From: a virus | Taxonomy: Duplodnaviria > Caudoviricetes | DNA length: 32,701 nt | Direction: 5' to 3' (one strand) | IMG/VR virus record: IMGVR_UViG_3300022407_001435 | Coordinates: 1-32,701 of that record | Shown here: positions 18,701-26,712 of the stretch, piece after piece | How the letters are laid out: each line of letters starts with the position of its first letter | Numbering within the stretch: position 1 is the stretch's first letter | Program-made: the position numbers and the translations under genes | Notes under the pieces: generated by a model | What the model was told of the DNA's origin: nothing | Databases searched by the model: none | The model's input: the letters and a program-made list of their open reading frames with translations, nothing else

Positions 18701-19188
18701 CTGCGCCTCAAGCCCGCCCAGTTGCGCAAAACTCTGAGCAGGCAACGCAAACACCTACCTCTGCAGAACAAGCCACTTCAAAATCTGCGTCCGCGCTATC
18801 TAAAGCAATACCTACAGAAGGCAGCGCGCTTATGTCGGCAGGCCTAAAGATGCTTAGTTCAGGCAACTTGGCAGGCTTTGCAAAAGGCGGCAGCGCATCT
18901 GGCGCGTTGCCTGTTTCTGAACATGTGCCTGAATTTATTACAGGTAAAACAGGCAACTACGTGCAAGGCGCAGGCGATGGGCAGTCTGACGACATCCCGG
19001 CAATGCTGGCCGATGGCGAGTACGTATTTGACGCAGACATTGTTTCCGCGCTAGGCAATGGCTCAAATAGGGCTGGTGCTGAGATTTTGGATAAAATGCG
19101 TGAGGAGATCAGAAAACACAAACGCTCAGCGCCACCTGGCAAAATTCCGCCACTCGCTAAGTCGCCGCTGGAATACATGAAAGGTTGA
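15706..19188 (+). CDS. Large putative internal virion/ejection protein
   Basis: 1160 aa. N-terminal FDWQRY...N.DL..AG......HY..YG..E.R motif, central low-complexity repeats, C-terminal G.GDGQSDDIPAMLADGEYV.DAD.V..LG.GS..AGA..LD motif. Confidence 0.6.
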   Translation: MDNTKPSDDWMSGQWYNPNAMPENFDWQRYVGANQDLGAAGIDTQEEAMRHYFNYGQQENRNIGALTPQQGAALSPEDYQAGLNAYRQATGDDRVLTGINADGGSDFGPANQWIDQNYIPQGNFVTDYTAAKPANTFDLLSNLQTSSRPMDQLSSIKQAWDANKDKPGEMSRLMQEYGVTLGDLSQATGETYSQLNTWVQNGDVLGLVGFSVNQPGAYDKYKAQTTASYDPNATTVIGPSTPESQLAAYEASQQRAANTFDPVEYEKNRQLATTGALPVNAATGTPATSALPVDAAATTNTWDYGKYLDNLKSGDAASLAGAFDSLATQDPAMAGNARNLYQELLSQQKFTGDSWATGNLGSKEAAATDFALRLAENGVNSIYDLGQRTVDSVSDWEGTPIVTQNVEYYNKKTGAALPDWGRVASGAQSGTKLDYNISFAADGTPIPYTTGAQSDWVEFRENVVKPSISMIAMANPALLPYVAAGNAAYAANKGDWGSAIVSGLSAAVGFSGDLGLTAATVETLNQAKTGAQVLNALDKGNPVALATALMQTATGKELMSKDMGGGITMGDVVNTAKVAQLANTGDYAAALATVGEMTKSPNLKFAASAVNLTQAFVTGDPSKIMSAVGQMNTAVKNANSSSQKQVTGGLPTNTGDGQFAADAGAMSPAEIDKIVGAGGLANAAGSQDSGELTAGPGQMTTRTVASMPEMQARTGEATGEVREVTEVDDGVTYTTYQRDMVYTKPDGTTGSYTITYDPSAKEGRQIIYGVSSNIDPDTPLISGGTGISRVLRTRPDIETTEESLSSNADTATGRGQATPLTFADVTLPSLTNFVNSGPSGSINLGNLTSSVTGGGALPSDAGQGTATAPGTATAPGTATAPGTATAPGTGALDTAVGPGTGVGPGTGVGPGTGVGPGTGVGPGTGVGPGTPGAPTQPPGALVAYASPSSASGALPGNLTGTMLAAGQRQEIKIMQDLQQLFPQIANIDPQLLSILAGRAAPQARPVAQNSEQATQTPTSAEQATSKSASALSKAIPTEGSALMSAGLKMLSSGNLAGFAKGGSASGALPVSEHVPEFITGKTGNYVQGAGDGQSDDIPAMLADGEYVFDADIVSALGNGSNRAGAEILDKMREEIRKHKRSAPPGKIPPLAKSPLEYMKG
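18295..18494 (+). repeat. Two adjacent in-frame 18-bp tandem arrays: (GTATAP)x4 at 18295-18366 and perfect GTTGGCCCAGGAACTGGC x5 plus a partial copy at 18391-18494
   Basis: Read directly from the sequence. Confidence 0.95.
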
Positions 19189-19190
19189 TT

Positions 19191-20201
19191 ATGTCGTTGA
19201 TGCAAGGCTCTCCACTACCTAACATTACCACCACGCAGTCGCAAAATACGACTGCGCCAAGCTGGTATACGGACTACCTTAGCAACTTAGCCGGTAAGTC
19301 CACTGCTGCTGCAGACTCTGCAAGATTTCAAGGCGCGCAGCCTTTGCAAACTCAGGCTTTTGCTGCTACACAAGCTTTGCCGGGCATGTACCAGTCTGGG
19401 CTTAACGACGCGTCTAACCTGGCGCAGTCTGTAGGCAACACAAACGTTGCAGCACGTGCCGGTGAGTTCATGCAACCATACACCTCACAGGTTGTTGACG
19501 CCCTTGGCGTGCTGGGCAAACGCAACATCAATGAGTACTTGGCGCCGCAAGCAGTGGCAGGCGCCGTAGGCACTGGGCAGTTTGGCTCTAAGCGTGGCGC
19601 TGAAGCGTTGGGGCAAGCCATTAACACTGGGTTGCAAAACGTTAACGCTGCGCAATCTCAGGCGTTGCAAACCGGCTACACACAGGCCTTGCAAGCTGCC
19701 CAGTCCGACCAGACCAATAAGTTAAATGCTGCGCAGCAAATGGGGGCTCTTGCGCAAGCAAAGCAAGGCATGAACTTGTCAGACATTAATGCGTTGGCAA
19801 CTATGGGCGGCCAGCAGCAAACCATTGCGCAAAACGAGCAGATGTTCCCCTTACAGGCATTGAACGCAGCATCGCAGACGGTGCGAGGCTTTACAATGCC
19901 TACAAACGTGTCATCAACGTACACAGGCCCTATCCCCGGTGCGTACGCAGCTTCGCCATTATCGCAGATTGCCGGCTTAGGCGCCCTTATTGCCGGGGGT
20001 AGCACCACACCTTTTGGAACTGCTGTTGGCTCAAGCTTTGGCGATTGGTGGAAAAGCTTAGGCAGCAATCCACTTGGCCCTAACGCAGGCACAGACTTGA
20101 CAGCAGGTAGGCCTACCATTTACGACCCGAATTACTATAATGGCAGCTACTTTACGCCATCATATGGCGGCGGCGGCGAAAATGAGCCTATACAACCTTA
20201 A
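19191..20201 (+). CDS. Putative ejection/DNA pilot protein (Gln/Ala-rich)
   Basis: ATG 19191 after AAAGG. P.WY..Y, MQPYT.QV, G.FGS.R, Q-rich helices and a Gly-rich hydrophobic C-terminal part. Confidence 0.55.
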   Translation: MSLMQGSPLPNITTTQSQNTTAPSWYTDYLSNLAGKSTAAADSARFQGAQPLQTQAFAATQALPGMYQSGLNDASNLAQSVGNTNVAARAGEFMQPYTSQVVDALGVLGKRNINEYLAPQAVAGAVGTGQFGSKRGAEALGQAINTGLQNVNAAQSQALQTGYTQALQAAQSDQTNKLNAAQQMGALAQAKQGMNLSDINALATMGGQQQTIAQNEQMFPLQALNAASQTVRGFTMPTNVSSTYTGPIPGAYAASPLSQIAGLGALIAGGSTTPFGTAVGSSFGDWWKSLGSNPLGPNAGTDLTAGRPTIYDPNYYNGSYFTPSYGGGGENEPIQP

Positions 20202-20209
20202 GGATTAAC

Positions 20210-21700
20210 GTGGCTGCACTACCAACAACACCGCAAATGCTTGGCGGCGATGACTCGGCAAAAAATGAGTATTTTGCTGCGTTGCAAAAGACAATTACAG
20301 CGCTAGAAGCACGCGCCAATCAAGGGCCTAACTGGTTTCAAGTTGCAGGTCAATTTCTTGACCCAGGGCGCACAGGCAATTTTGGCGAAGCCCTTGGTCG
20401 AGCTGCAACAACCATGGGGCAGCAGCAAGAAAAGCAACTGGATATGCAGGTGCCTATGGCAAAAATGCGTGCCGAGCTTGCAGGTCAAAAGTATGAAACT
20501 GAAAACCAATCCAAAGCCTTGCAGCTGCTGTCTTCAACTTTAGGCGTTGCGCCTGAGCAAGTAGCTGATGTGCTATCTAGCGGTTCACTATCTCCAAGCT
20601 CTGCAGCTAAGTTGGCGCAGGTTTACCCAACCATTGCGCGGCTGTCGCCTAAGGTTGGCGAGATCGTCAAAAATACTTTTGGCATGCAGAAAGATCTTGG
20701 CGGCATGGCCATTGAGGATCGTAAGGCAGGCATGAGCCAAGCTGAGTTGGTTGCTAAGTATGGCGCTGGAGTCCTTAATCTTATTCCGGGTGGGGGAATA
20801 CCTACAGGGACCGGTTCACCTGCCTCCGCGCCTCCTCCTGGGCCTACAGCACCACCAGTGCAAGCACCGCCAACGCAAGCACCACCAACTAGTATGGGCT
20901 TGCCTCCAGGTCCGCAACCAGCTGGCAATTACAACAGCACACAAAGTATGGGTCGTGTTCCGGGTGTAGTAACTGCGCCTGTGTCTGTCGCGCCACGTAT
21001 GCCCTCTGAGCCGCCATCTGATTTGTCAGGCCTGCCTTTGGCTGCGCAAGCACAAGTTGCAGAAAAGCGTATTACAGAAGGGGACAAGCCTTTTATACAA
21101 AAGCGTGATGAGATCCTTAACTTTACTCCACAGGCACTGCAAAGCTCAAACACTAACCTGCGTCAGCTTGATAGGTTTGCAACACAATACCCACAGATTT
21201 TCGGGTTAATGCAGCAACAAGGCGTGCTGTCAGGTCTATTAACTGCTGCGCAACAAGGCGCGCAGTTAAGCGCCGGGGACTTTAATGCACGTGCAGGTTT
21301 GCCAGTAAGAGAATTCTTGGAAAAAGTCAAGCTAAAGCCTGAAGAACAGCAGGCCGTTCGTGATGTAACGCGTATCATATCCGCTGAATTCTTGTCTAAC
21401 GTGAGAGCTAACAAAGGCCTTCTAGGCGTAAACCCAACGGATAATGACGCAAGACTGTTGCAAGCGCCTATGGCAAGTATTGAAGACTCCTCAAAGGCCG
21501 TGCAATTGTGGTCACGCCAACAAGTGCTGTTGAATCGTCAACGCGAGCAGTTGTACAGCGCGTACCAGCAACATTTGGATACTGCAGGGCCTACGGCATC
21601 ACCACGTAATTTCTTCCGCCCCGGTAGTATTTATGAAAAGATCAACAATGATTACGCAAAGTTTCGCATGACGTTGTTTAATCAGTTCAATCCCCAATAA
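20210..21700 (+). CDS. Putative internal virion/ejection protein
   Basis: GTG start with AAGGA RBS. FL.PGRTG.FGE.LG motif, Pro-rich linker and helical C-terminus. Confidence 0.55.
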   Translation: MAALPTTPQMLGGDDSAKNEYFAALQKTITALEARANQGPNWFQVAGQFLDPGRTGNFGEALGRAATTMGQQQEKQLDMQVPMAKMRAELAGQKYETENQSKALQLLSSTLGVAPEQVADVLSSGSLSPSSAAKLAQVYPTIARLSPKVGEIVKNTFGMQKDLGGMAIEDRKAGMSQAELVAKYGAGVLNLIPGGGIPTGTGSPASAPPPGPTAPPVQAPPTQAPPTSMGLPPGPQPAGNYNSTQSMGRVPGVVTAPVSVAPRMPSEPPSDLSGLPLAAQAQVAEKRITEGDKPFIQKRDEILNFTPQALQSSNTNLRQLDRFATQYPQIFGLMQQQGVLSGLLTAAQQGAQLSAGDFNARAGLPVREFLEKVKLKPEEQQAVRDVTRIISAEFLSNVRANKGLLGVNPTDNDARLLQAPMASIEDSSKAVQLWSRQQVLLNRQREQLYSAYQQHLDTAGPTASPRNFFRPGSIYEKINNDYAKFRMTLFNQFNPQ

Positions 21701-21712
21701 AGAGGCAAGCGT

Positions 21713-22708
21713 ATGGCTGAACCCAAACTGGAAGACGTAGACCCTATTTTTAGAGGTCAGAAATCTAACTACGACCCAGAAGCTGATGACGCCTTGATGG
21801 CGCTAGACCCTATCTTTTCTGCGCCTGTGGGTCCTGGCAAACAAAAACCTGTTGCGCGTGACAAGAATGCGCCTCTATTTCCTGAGCTCGGGCTAAGCGC
21901 AAATCAGGAACGTGCAGCTGCCGCAGGCACCGGCGCCATTTTAGGGCCCGGGATGCAGAAAACTGCTGAGACATTGTTTCCGTCAAAAGAAATGCGCACT
22001 GCAACAGGCGCTAAAAAACTTAAAGAGCAGCAGCAAATGGCGCAATTGCTGCAAAACATGCGTGATGAAGAGCTTTTACGTCTTGGCATTCAGCCTGAGT
22101 CAGCTCCTAGGGGCGCAACGTCAGGTACTAACTGGCTCAAAAACTGGGCAAACATGGACAAGGAAATTGCAGGTGGCGTCCCAGAAGGCGCCGCAGCCTA
22201 CAATAGATCCAAAGGCCAAGGCAAGGTTTCCGGGCGTTTAACCAAGATGTATGGGCCACTGTCTCCTGGGCAATCGATTGTCGATAAGCTATTGGCCAAT
22301 TCCAATGCCAACGCATCAGCAAGCTCACAACGTGCGGCAGCAATGCCTGCTGCAGAAGCTGCAGCCGCAGCACGACTTGCCGCGGCCACGCCAGGCCCTA
22401 TGGCAAAAGCTGCAAAGGTTGTTGCATCCCCAATTGTGGGTGGCGCATTGTCAGGCGCAGGGGCGGGGCTTAGCTTCTATGAGGCGTATAGTCGCTTTAT
22501 GGACGGGGACAGATCAGGGGCTGTAATTGCTGCCTTAGGCGGCGTAGGCGCCTTAGCATCTATGGTTCCAGGCTTAGGACTGCCTGGGGCAGCCGTAGGC
22601 GCAGCGTCCATACCTGCTATGTACATCAATGACGTGCTCAAAGGAAAGACTGAGGCCTCAGGCCGTGACATTCCAGTCGATCCTATGGGCAACCCAACGG
22701 GGCGCTAA
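21713..22708 (+). CDS. Putative internal virion protein with C-terminal Gly/Ala-rich hydrophobic segments
   Basis: RBS GAGG. Last gene of the + arm. Confidence 0.5.
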   Translation: MAEPKLEDVDPIFRGQKSNYDPEADDALMALDPIFSAPVGPGKQKPVARDKNAPLFPELGLSANQERAAAAGTGAILGPGMQKTAETLFPSKEMRTATGAKKLKEQQQMAQLLQNMRDEELLRLGIQPESAPRGATSGTNWLKNWANMDKEIAGGVPEGAAAYNRSKGQGKVSGRLTKMYGPLSPGQSIVDKLLANSNANASASSQRAAAMPAAEAAAAARLAAATPGPMAKAAKVVASPIVGGALSGAGAGLSFYEAYSRFMDGDRSGAVIAALGGVGALASMVPGLGLPGAAVGAASIPAMYINDVLKGKTEASGRDIPVDPMGNPTGR

Positions 22709-22872
22709 GCTTGATGCTTTGCAAGCGTCGTAGCTACGTGATACGCCTCTACCCACACTGCGTAAGGGTCCTTTAGCATATCAGTGTTGCCGGTATGCTC
22801 CAGCAATTCAACCCAATCGTCATACGCAGCCTTAACCTGCTGGTCAAAGCACAGGGTGCTATTGTCTGTCAT
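22705..22872 (-). CDS. 55-aa hypothetical protein MTDNSTLCFDQQVKAAYDDWVELLEHTGNTDMLKDPYAVWVEAYHVATTLAKHQA (not in ORF track)
   Basis: Translated by hand. It fills the gap completely, and its TAG overlaps the TAA of the convergent + gene. Confidence 0.65.
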   Translation of the reverse strand: MTDNSTLCFDQQVKAAYDDWVELLEHTGNTDMLKDPYAVWVEAYHVATTLAKHQA

Positions 22873-23074
22873 TTTTTGCTTTCAATTTAACAAGATTAGA
22901 AGGCAGCGGCTTTGGAGGAACAAGGGACTCAGTGCCTTGCGCCAACAAGTTTCTAAAGTTTGACCACTTTTTTTGGTACGCAACTTGCTCAGACGGGGGC
23001 ACCCACCCGTGTACTACACGCCACCGAATTGTGATGTCTGTAGATGCAGGCGTGTAGATGTAGTCATCACTCAT
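22859..23074 (-). CDS. Hypothetical protein (YTPASTDI..RW...GWVPPSE motif)
   Basis: ATGA coupling with the upstream gene; AAAGG RBS. Confidence 0.65.
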   Translation of the reverse strand: MSDDYIYTPASTDITIRWRVVHGWVPPSEQVAYQKKWSNFRNLLAQGTESLVPPKPLPSNLVKLKAKNDRQ

Positions 23075-23790
23075 AGTTCTTTGCCTTTCGTGTTAAACCA
23101 CATACGCAATGTGGACATGCCGCCATCAATAAGTACATGGTTGGCAAAAGCCTGGTACTTATAGTACAACGGGTGGTTGATAAAGTTCTTCATTAGCAGA
23201 TACGCATCTGCATCCGGTGGAGACATTCCCATGGCTCTGTCGGTGTCAATGCATTTGATGTTGAAGACTTCGCCAAACTCACGCGTAATGGCATGGACTT
23301 GGTCATTTAGCAAGCCAATGACAACTACACGCTTCTTTTGCACATGATTGATTGTGTATGACGGGTCATGCCGCCCCAAACTGTAGGTATGCTCAAGCTC
23401 TTGTACTGTAGTTTGCACTGCAGCCTTGATGGCCGTAGCCAACTGCGTTGCAACTAGCTGCGCAATATGCGCAACCAACTCGTCAATGCTACACGCAGGC
23501 ATGCTTGGTTGTGCATCTGGTGGCACTGGAGGCTGTGGAGTCACAACAATAGGTGATTCCACCATAGTTGGCTTTTTGGCGTCTGCGATCACCATGGCTT
23601 TAAGAGTCTTGATTTCCAGCAGCGCTGCAGAGTGAGACGCAAACGCACGATGCCTTGCAGGGTTTAGCGCAAAACCTTGGGCTTGACGTAACGCCTCAAG
23701 TTCTGAGTAGCCGCCTTGCTGCATGTAGTTTAACGCTCGATCCAATACGACGTTGCGTTCCTGATCTGTCCAATGAATGCGCTTTTGCAT
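23071..23790 (-). CDS. Hypothetical protein: N-terminal helical (WT..E) domain, Pro linker and C-terminal small alpha/beta (DUF2325-like) domain
   Basis: Start reassigned to ATG 23790 after GAAAGGA. VVVIGLL..Q...FINH...GG...L motif. Confidence 0.6.
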   Translation of the reverse strand: MQKRIHWTDQERNVVLDRALNYMQQGGYSELEALRQAQGFALNPARHRAFASHSAALLEIKTLKAMVIADAKKPTMVESPIVVTPQPPVPPDAQPSMPACSIDELVAHIAQLVATQLATAIKAAVQTTVQELEHTYSLGRHDPSYTINHVQKKRVVVIGLLNDQVHAITREFGEVFNIKCIDTDRAMGMSPPDADAYLLMKNFINHPLYYKYQAFANHVLIDGGMSTLRMWFNTKGKEL

Positions 23791-23837
23791 GTGTATTCCT
23801 TTCAATAGTCAAGTTGATTGTGGCAGTCCACATGTTA

Positions 23838-23848
23838 ATTATAACACG
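23838..23848 (-). promoter_or_regulatory. Extended -10 promoter CGTGTTATAAT
   Basis: TGnTATAAT. The same 11-mer recurs at 32650-32660. Confidence 0.6.
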
Positions 23849-23849
23849 C

Positions 23850-24632
23850 TTAGATGTTATGTAACCACTTTGCAAAATCAAAAGAGGGGTTGATGCTTTT
23901 GTCCATTAGCATATGGGCTTCATAGCGGTTGATGCGAGGTGGCTTATCCTCAATGCCTACGTAGTTGTTTGCTTCCAAGATACTATTGAACATCCCCATG
24001 CGTGACTCGTACACGTGGAATGAGCCTACCGACACCGTGAGCGTACCCATCTCAACGCCAAGGACATTGGCAACAATTTCTTGCAAAAATGAGAATGTAG
24101 GCAAGTCATTGGCCATGCCCCACAGGATGTCTTGACTTCGCATGATGGCACGTGCATTGAGACGCCCTTTGCGAATGCGGAACTCAATAGCTAATGTGCA
24201 AGGCACATCCTTGGCGTTAATGTCCATATGGTCTACGTCTGTGCCGTACATAGGGATGACTGCGCGGCGTGACATTGGATCACTTTGCAAAAGCTTTACA
24301 ACATTACGCACGCCATGCTTGCCAAACCAATAGCTGCCGTAATTGCTATTCAACTTGCCATTGGCAATGATCTTTCCCCATTGCGCAGCGTGCTCAGCAA
24401 TTGACAAATCATACGGGTCGGCTTTGATGTACCACGACATCTCGCGCTTAAGGTACTTCACATTGAAGTTACGACCTTCAAACGCGTTGAAGCGCACAAA
24501 AGGATTGACAGTATAGCTAAAGTTTTCAATTTCAAGGCAGCTTTCGCCTCGCGGACTTGTCAATTGCCCATGCTGCTGTAGACACCTATACAGGTTAATG
24601 AGCTCAGGCTCATTCTTAATCATCATATCCAT
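23850..24632 (-). CDS. Thymidylate-synthase-fold enzyme, predicted dCMP hydroxymethylase/modifying enzyme
   Basis: SRRA, DVPCT (catalytic Cys), MRSQD...G.AND and GSFHVYE. Asp is at the position of E. coli ThyA Asn177. Confidence 0.8.
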   Translation of the reverse strand: MDMMIKNEPELINLYRCLQQHGQLTSPRGESCLEIENFSYTVNPFVRFNAFEGRNFNVKYLKREMSWYIKADPYDLSIAEHAAQWGKIIANGKLNSNYGSYWFGKHGVRNVVKLLQSDPMSRRAVIPMYGTDVDHMDINAKDVPCTLAIEFRIRKGRLNARAIMRSQDILWGMANDLPTFSFLQEIVANVLGVEMGTLTVSVGSFHVYESRMGMFNSILEANNYVGIEDKPPRINRYEAHMLMDKSINPSFDFAKWLHNI

Positions 24633-25551
24633 GGTCTGCCTCTGTAATGTGGTACGGTTGATTGGGAAAGTTTTGCATGTGGTACAGCGGAGGCGGCAGC
24701 TTTTGCGCCTGTACGTTGTTGTTCAACGCCCACGTGTAAGCGTTGTTGCCTAAGGCAAAGACGCGTGAAGGCTTTAGGTCTTTTACGACAATGGGGTCGG
24801 TAGGCACATTTTGATAGTTTTGTGTGTTAACCCAATAAAGCTTATCCTCGGCGATGCCTTCACGTTCCAGTGTTTCGCACAACATTCGGCTGGGCCCGTC
24901 ATTGTCCAAAAAGTTGATGAAAGGCACTACAGCTGCAGAGGCACGCACATTAGTACGTGGGCCCTTATCGCAAAGCATCAGAATGTTGCCAGACTTAAAA
25001 GCACCGCCACCAGAAAAGTTATTTTGTGAGGAGCTAATCACCAACCGTGGAAGCAACTTTTCTAGTGTGTCATACTTGTAGTCGTAATGGATAACGGGCA
25101 GGCAGGTGTGCAAGCCAAGCGTCTCGTAGCCGTGGTACACAGCGGTGAGCTGCTCAACGTTGTCTAGATACTCAATGGCACTGCGTGAGTTAAATGCGTC
25201 AATGCAAACTTCTAGGTCAGGCTGGCAATGCACAACAACTGCGCCGCGTGACAAGGCAACGCGTTCAAGCATGCGACGCCGTGGTAGATCTACGCGGTTT
25301 TCGCCATTGCGGTATACCTCGCCATAGATAGGCTCGGACAGCCATGACCTATCCATGATGACATGGTCATCGTAAGTTAAGGCCTGCGTCATAGATCGAA
25401 AGTACATACGGCACAGGTCCTCGGGCTTTACGCCTTTGTAAGGCCCATGCTTTACAACGTGCGTCATACGATCACCTTGTAGCCCGTGACGCAAAGCTTC
25501 GGCAAGGGTTGTCTTGCCACCTCCATCAGGGCCTTCTAAAATAATGATCAT
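24616..25551 (-). CDS. dNMP (thymidylate-kinase-like) P-loop kinase fused to a C-terminal UDG-superfamily-like domain
   Basis: IIILEGPDGGGKTT Walker A and DRSWLSE.IYG. The C-terminal part has L.L.DK.P, YWVN and VFALGNNA. Confidence 0.7.
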   Translation of the reverse strand: MIIILEGPDGGGKTTLAEALRHGLQGDRMTHVVKHGPYKGVKPEDLCRMYFRSMTQALTYDDHVIMDRSWLSEPIYGEVYRNGENRVDLPRRRMLERVALSRGAVVVHCQPDLEVCIDAFNSRSAIEYLDNVEQLTAVYHGYETLGLHTCLPVIHYDYKYDTLEKLLPRLVISSSQNNFSGGGAFKSGNILMLCDKGPRTNVRASAAVVPFINFLDNDGPSRMLCETLEREGIAEDKLYWVNTQNYQNVPTDPIVVKDLKPSRVFALGNNAYTWALNNNVQAQKLPPPLYHMQNFPNQPYHITEADHGYDD

Positions 25552-26444
25552 GTAAGAAAGCTTTCAAGTTTAATACGTGTTTGCCAAGCCGTCGCGATCT
25601 GCGAAGTCAACGCCACGTATTGTTGCGCGCTAATGATTTCCAATTGCCCGTCATCCATGCGTTCAAGCTCACGTGGTGTGTAGCCATACGACGGGTCAAT
25701 CATGCCAAGCTCTTGAGGATCGCCGCCAAGAACGCAGCCGGTATTTGCAGCGTGCAGATACCTAACTCGCCACCATCCGCATCCGGCATGCCCGTAGGTC
25801 GGACATAGAACTCCTTTGTAAGCCCCGTACTGCCAGACAACGTCACTTTCAAGAATACGTGGCTGCCCGAGAGCTTTGCCTCCGACACTGTGAATTGGCC
25901 ATGTAAGGTTTTGCGCTGTTGCCCACTCATGAGCGTCTTTCGAAAGTGATGCGTTATACCATTCGTTCTTGCGTTTAGACCAGGCCATTTGATAGCTTGA
26001 AGGCATTTCATACAATGGTGATGGGTCCCATGCATGAATCACATCAGCCGGCAGGCCCATCAACTTGTGGTCGCCCCATGGAAACAGGGGGGCAATCCAT
26101 TGATGGTCTGCAAAGTCTTCTGCAGCAATCACATCTTCCCATGAGGGGATGATTTTTTGAAATGCCCAATCATCCAGACAAATGTAAGCATCCATGCGCT
26201 CACGAAGAACACGCTTGGCGCCTTCGGGATGCACTGCATTTTTGTCCAGTGGGTAGACATACAAAAAGACTTTGTCGTACTTTGACAGGTCCATAGCCGT
26301 ATTCACAGGCCCATGCTCTACTTCATGGCCTTGAGCAATATACGCGTTGCGCATGAGCTCAGGGATAGATACAAACTTTGTAGAGCTTGCACGCTGTGGA
26401 TGATTGTTATGGGTCTCAGTAACACCGGTGATGAGAATTTTCAT
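25548..26444 (-). CDS. Putative GT-B-fold glycosyltransferase (DNA/nucleotide modification)
   Basis: MKILITG...GHEVE...DLS.YD.V N-terminal Rossmann-like pattern, DDW, and C-terminal GVL.P.Y...G.GWWR.RY..AA..G. Adjacent to the kinase and TS-fold genes. Confidence 0.5.
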   Translation of the reverse strand: MKILITGVTETHNNHPQRASSTKFVSIPELMRNAYIAQGHEVEHGPVNTAMDLSKYDKVFLYVYPLDKNAVHPEGAKRVLRERMDAYICLDDWAFQKIIPSWEDVIAAEDFADHQWIAPLFPWGDHKLMGLPADVIHAWDPSPLYEMPSSYQMAWSKRKNEWYNASLSKDAHEWATAQNLTWPIHSVGGKALGQPRILESDVVWQYGAYKGVLCPTYGHAGCGWWRVRYLHAANTGCVLGGDPQELGMIDPSYGYTPRELERMDDGQLEIISAQQYVALTSQIATAWQTRIKLESFLT

Positions 26445-26446
26445 AA

Positions 26447-26659
26447 TTAATTGAGTGTGATGTAGCCTTGCGCAACGTCGTGCAAAACATCGCCTGTGCG
26501 GCCGCCTGCAGCAACGTAGTCTGCCACAGTTGCGCCATCCTTATACAGCTCAAAGCGTGCGTGTGCAAGCGTGTGCAAGCGTTTGGGATTTCCAGTAACT
26601 GCAATAGTGATGATGGCTTGCTTGTTGGCGCGCTGGCGTGTTTTCTTTATGTCAGACAT
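26447..26659 (-). CDS. Small basic protein (NPKR...RF.LY..G.TV..Y...GG...D...D...GYI), possible DNA-binding
   Basis: Start reassigned to ATG 26659 after AAGGA; 70 aa. Confidence 0.6.
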   Translation of the reverse strand: MSDIKKTRQRANKQAIITIAVTGNPKRLHTLAHARFELYKDGATVADYVAAGGRTGDVLHDVAQGYITLN

Positions 26660-26712
26660 GACGGATCCTTGTTGTTTACGTGTTAAAAAGTTGTGAATTG
26701 CATGTGTACCTT

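Noticed and set aside
500-22692. Numerous antisense and alternate-frame ORFs over the + arm (e.g. 597-1196, 4219-4779, 6565-7065, 18291-18686)
   Set aside because: Shadow ORFs caused by Gly/Thr/Ala codon bias; no RBS or recognisable motifs.
23850-24632. Ordinary thymidylate synthase (thyA)
   Set aside because: Asp instead of Asn at the specificity position, no PCH or PFN motifs, and a kinase/GT neighbourhood; the gene symbol was withheld.
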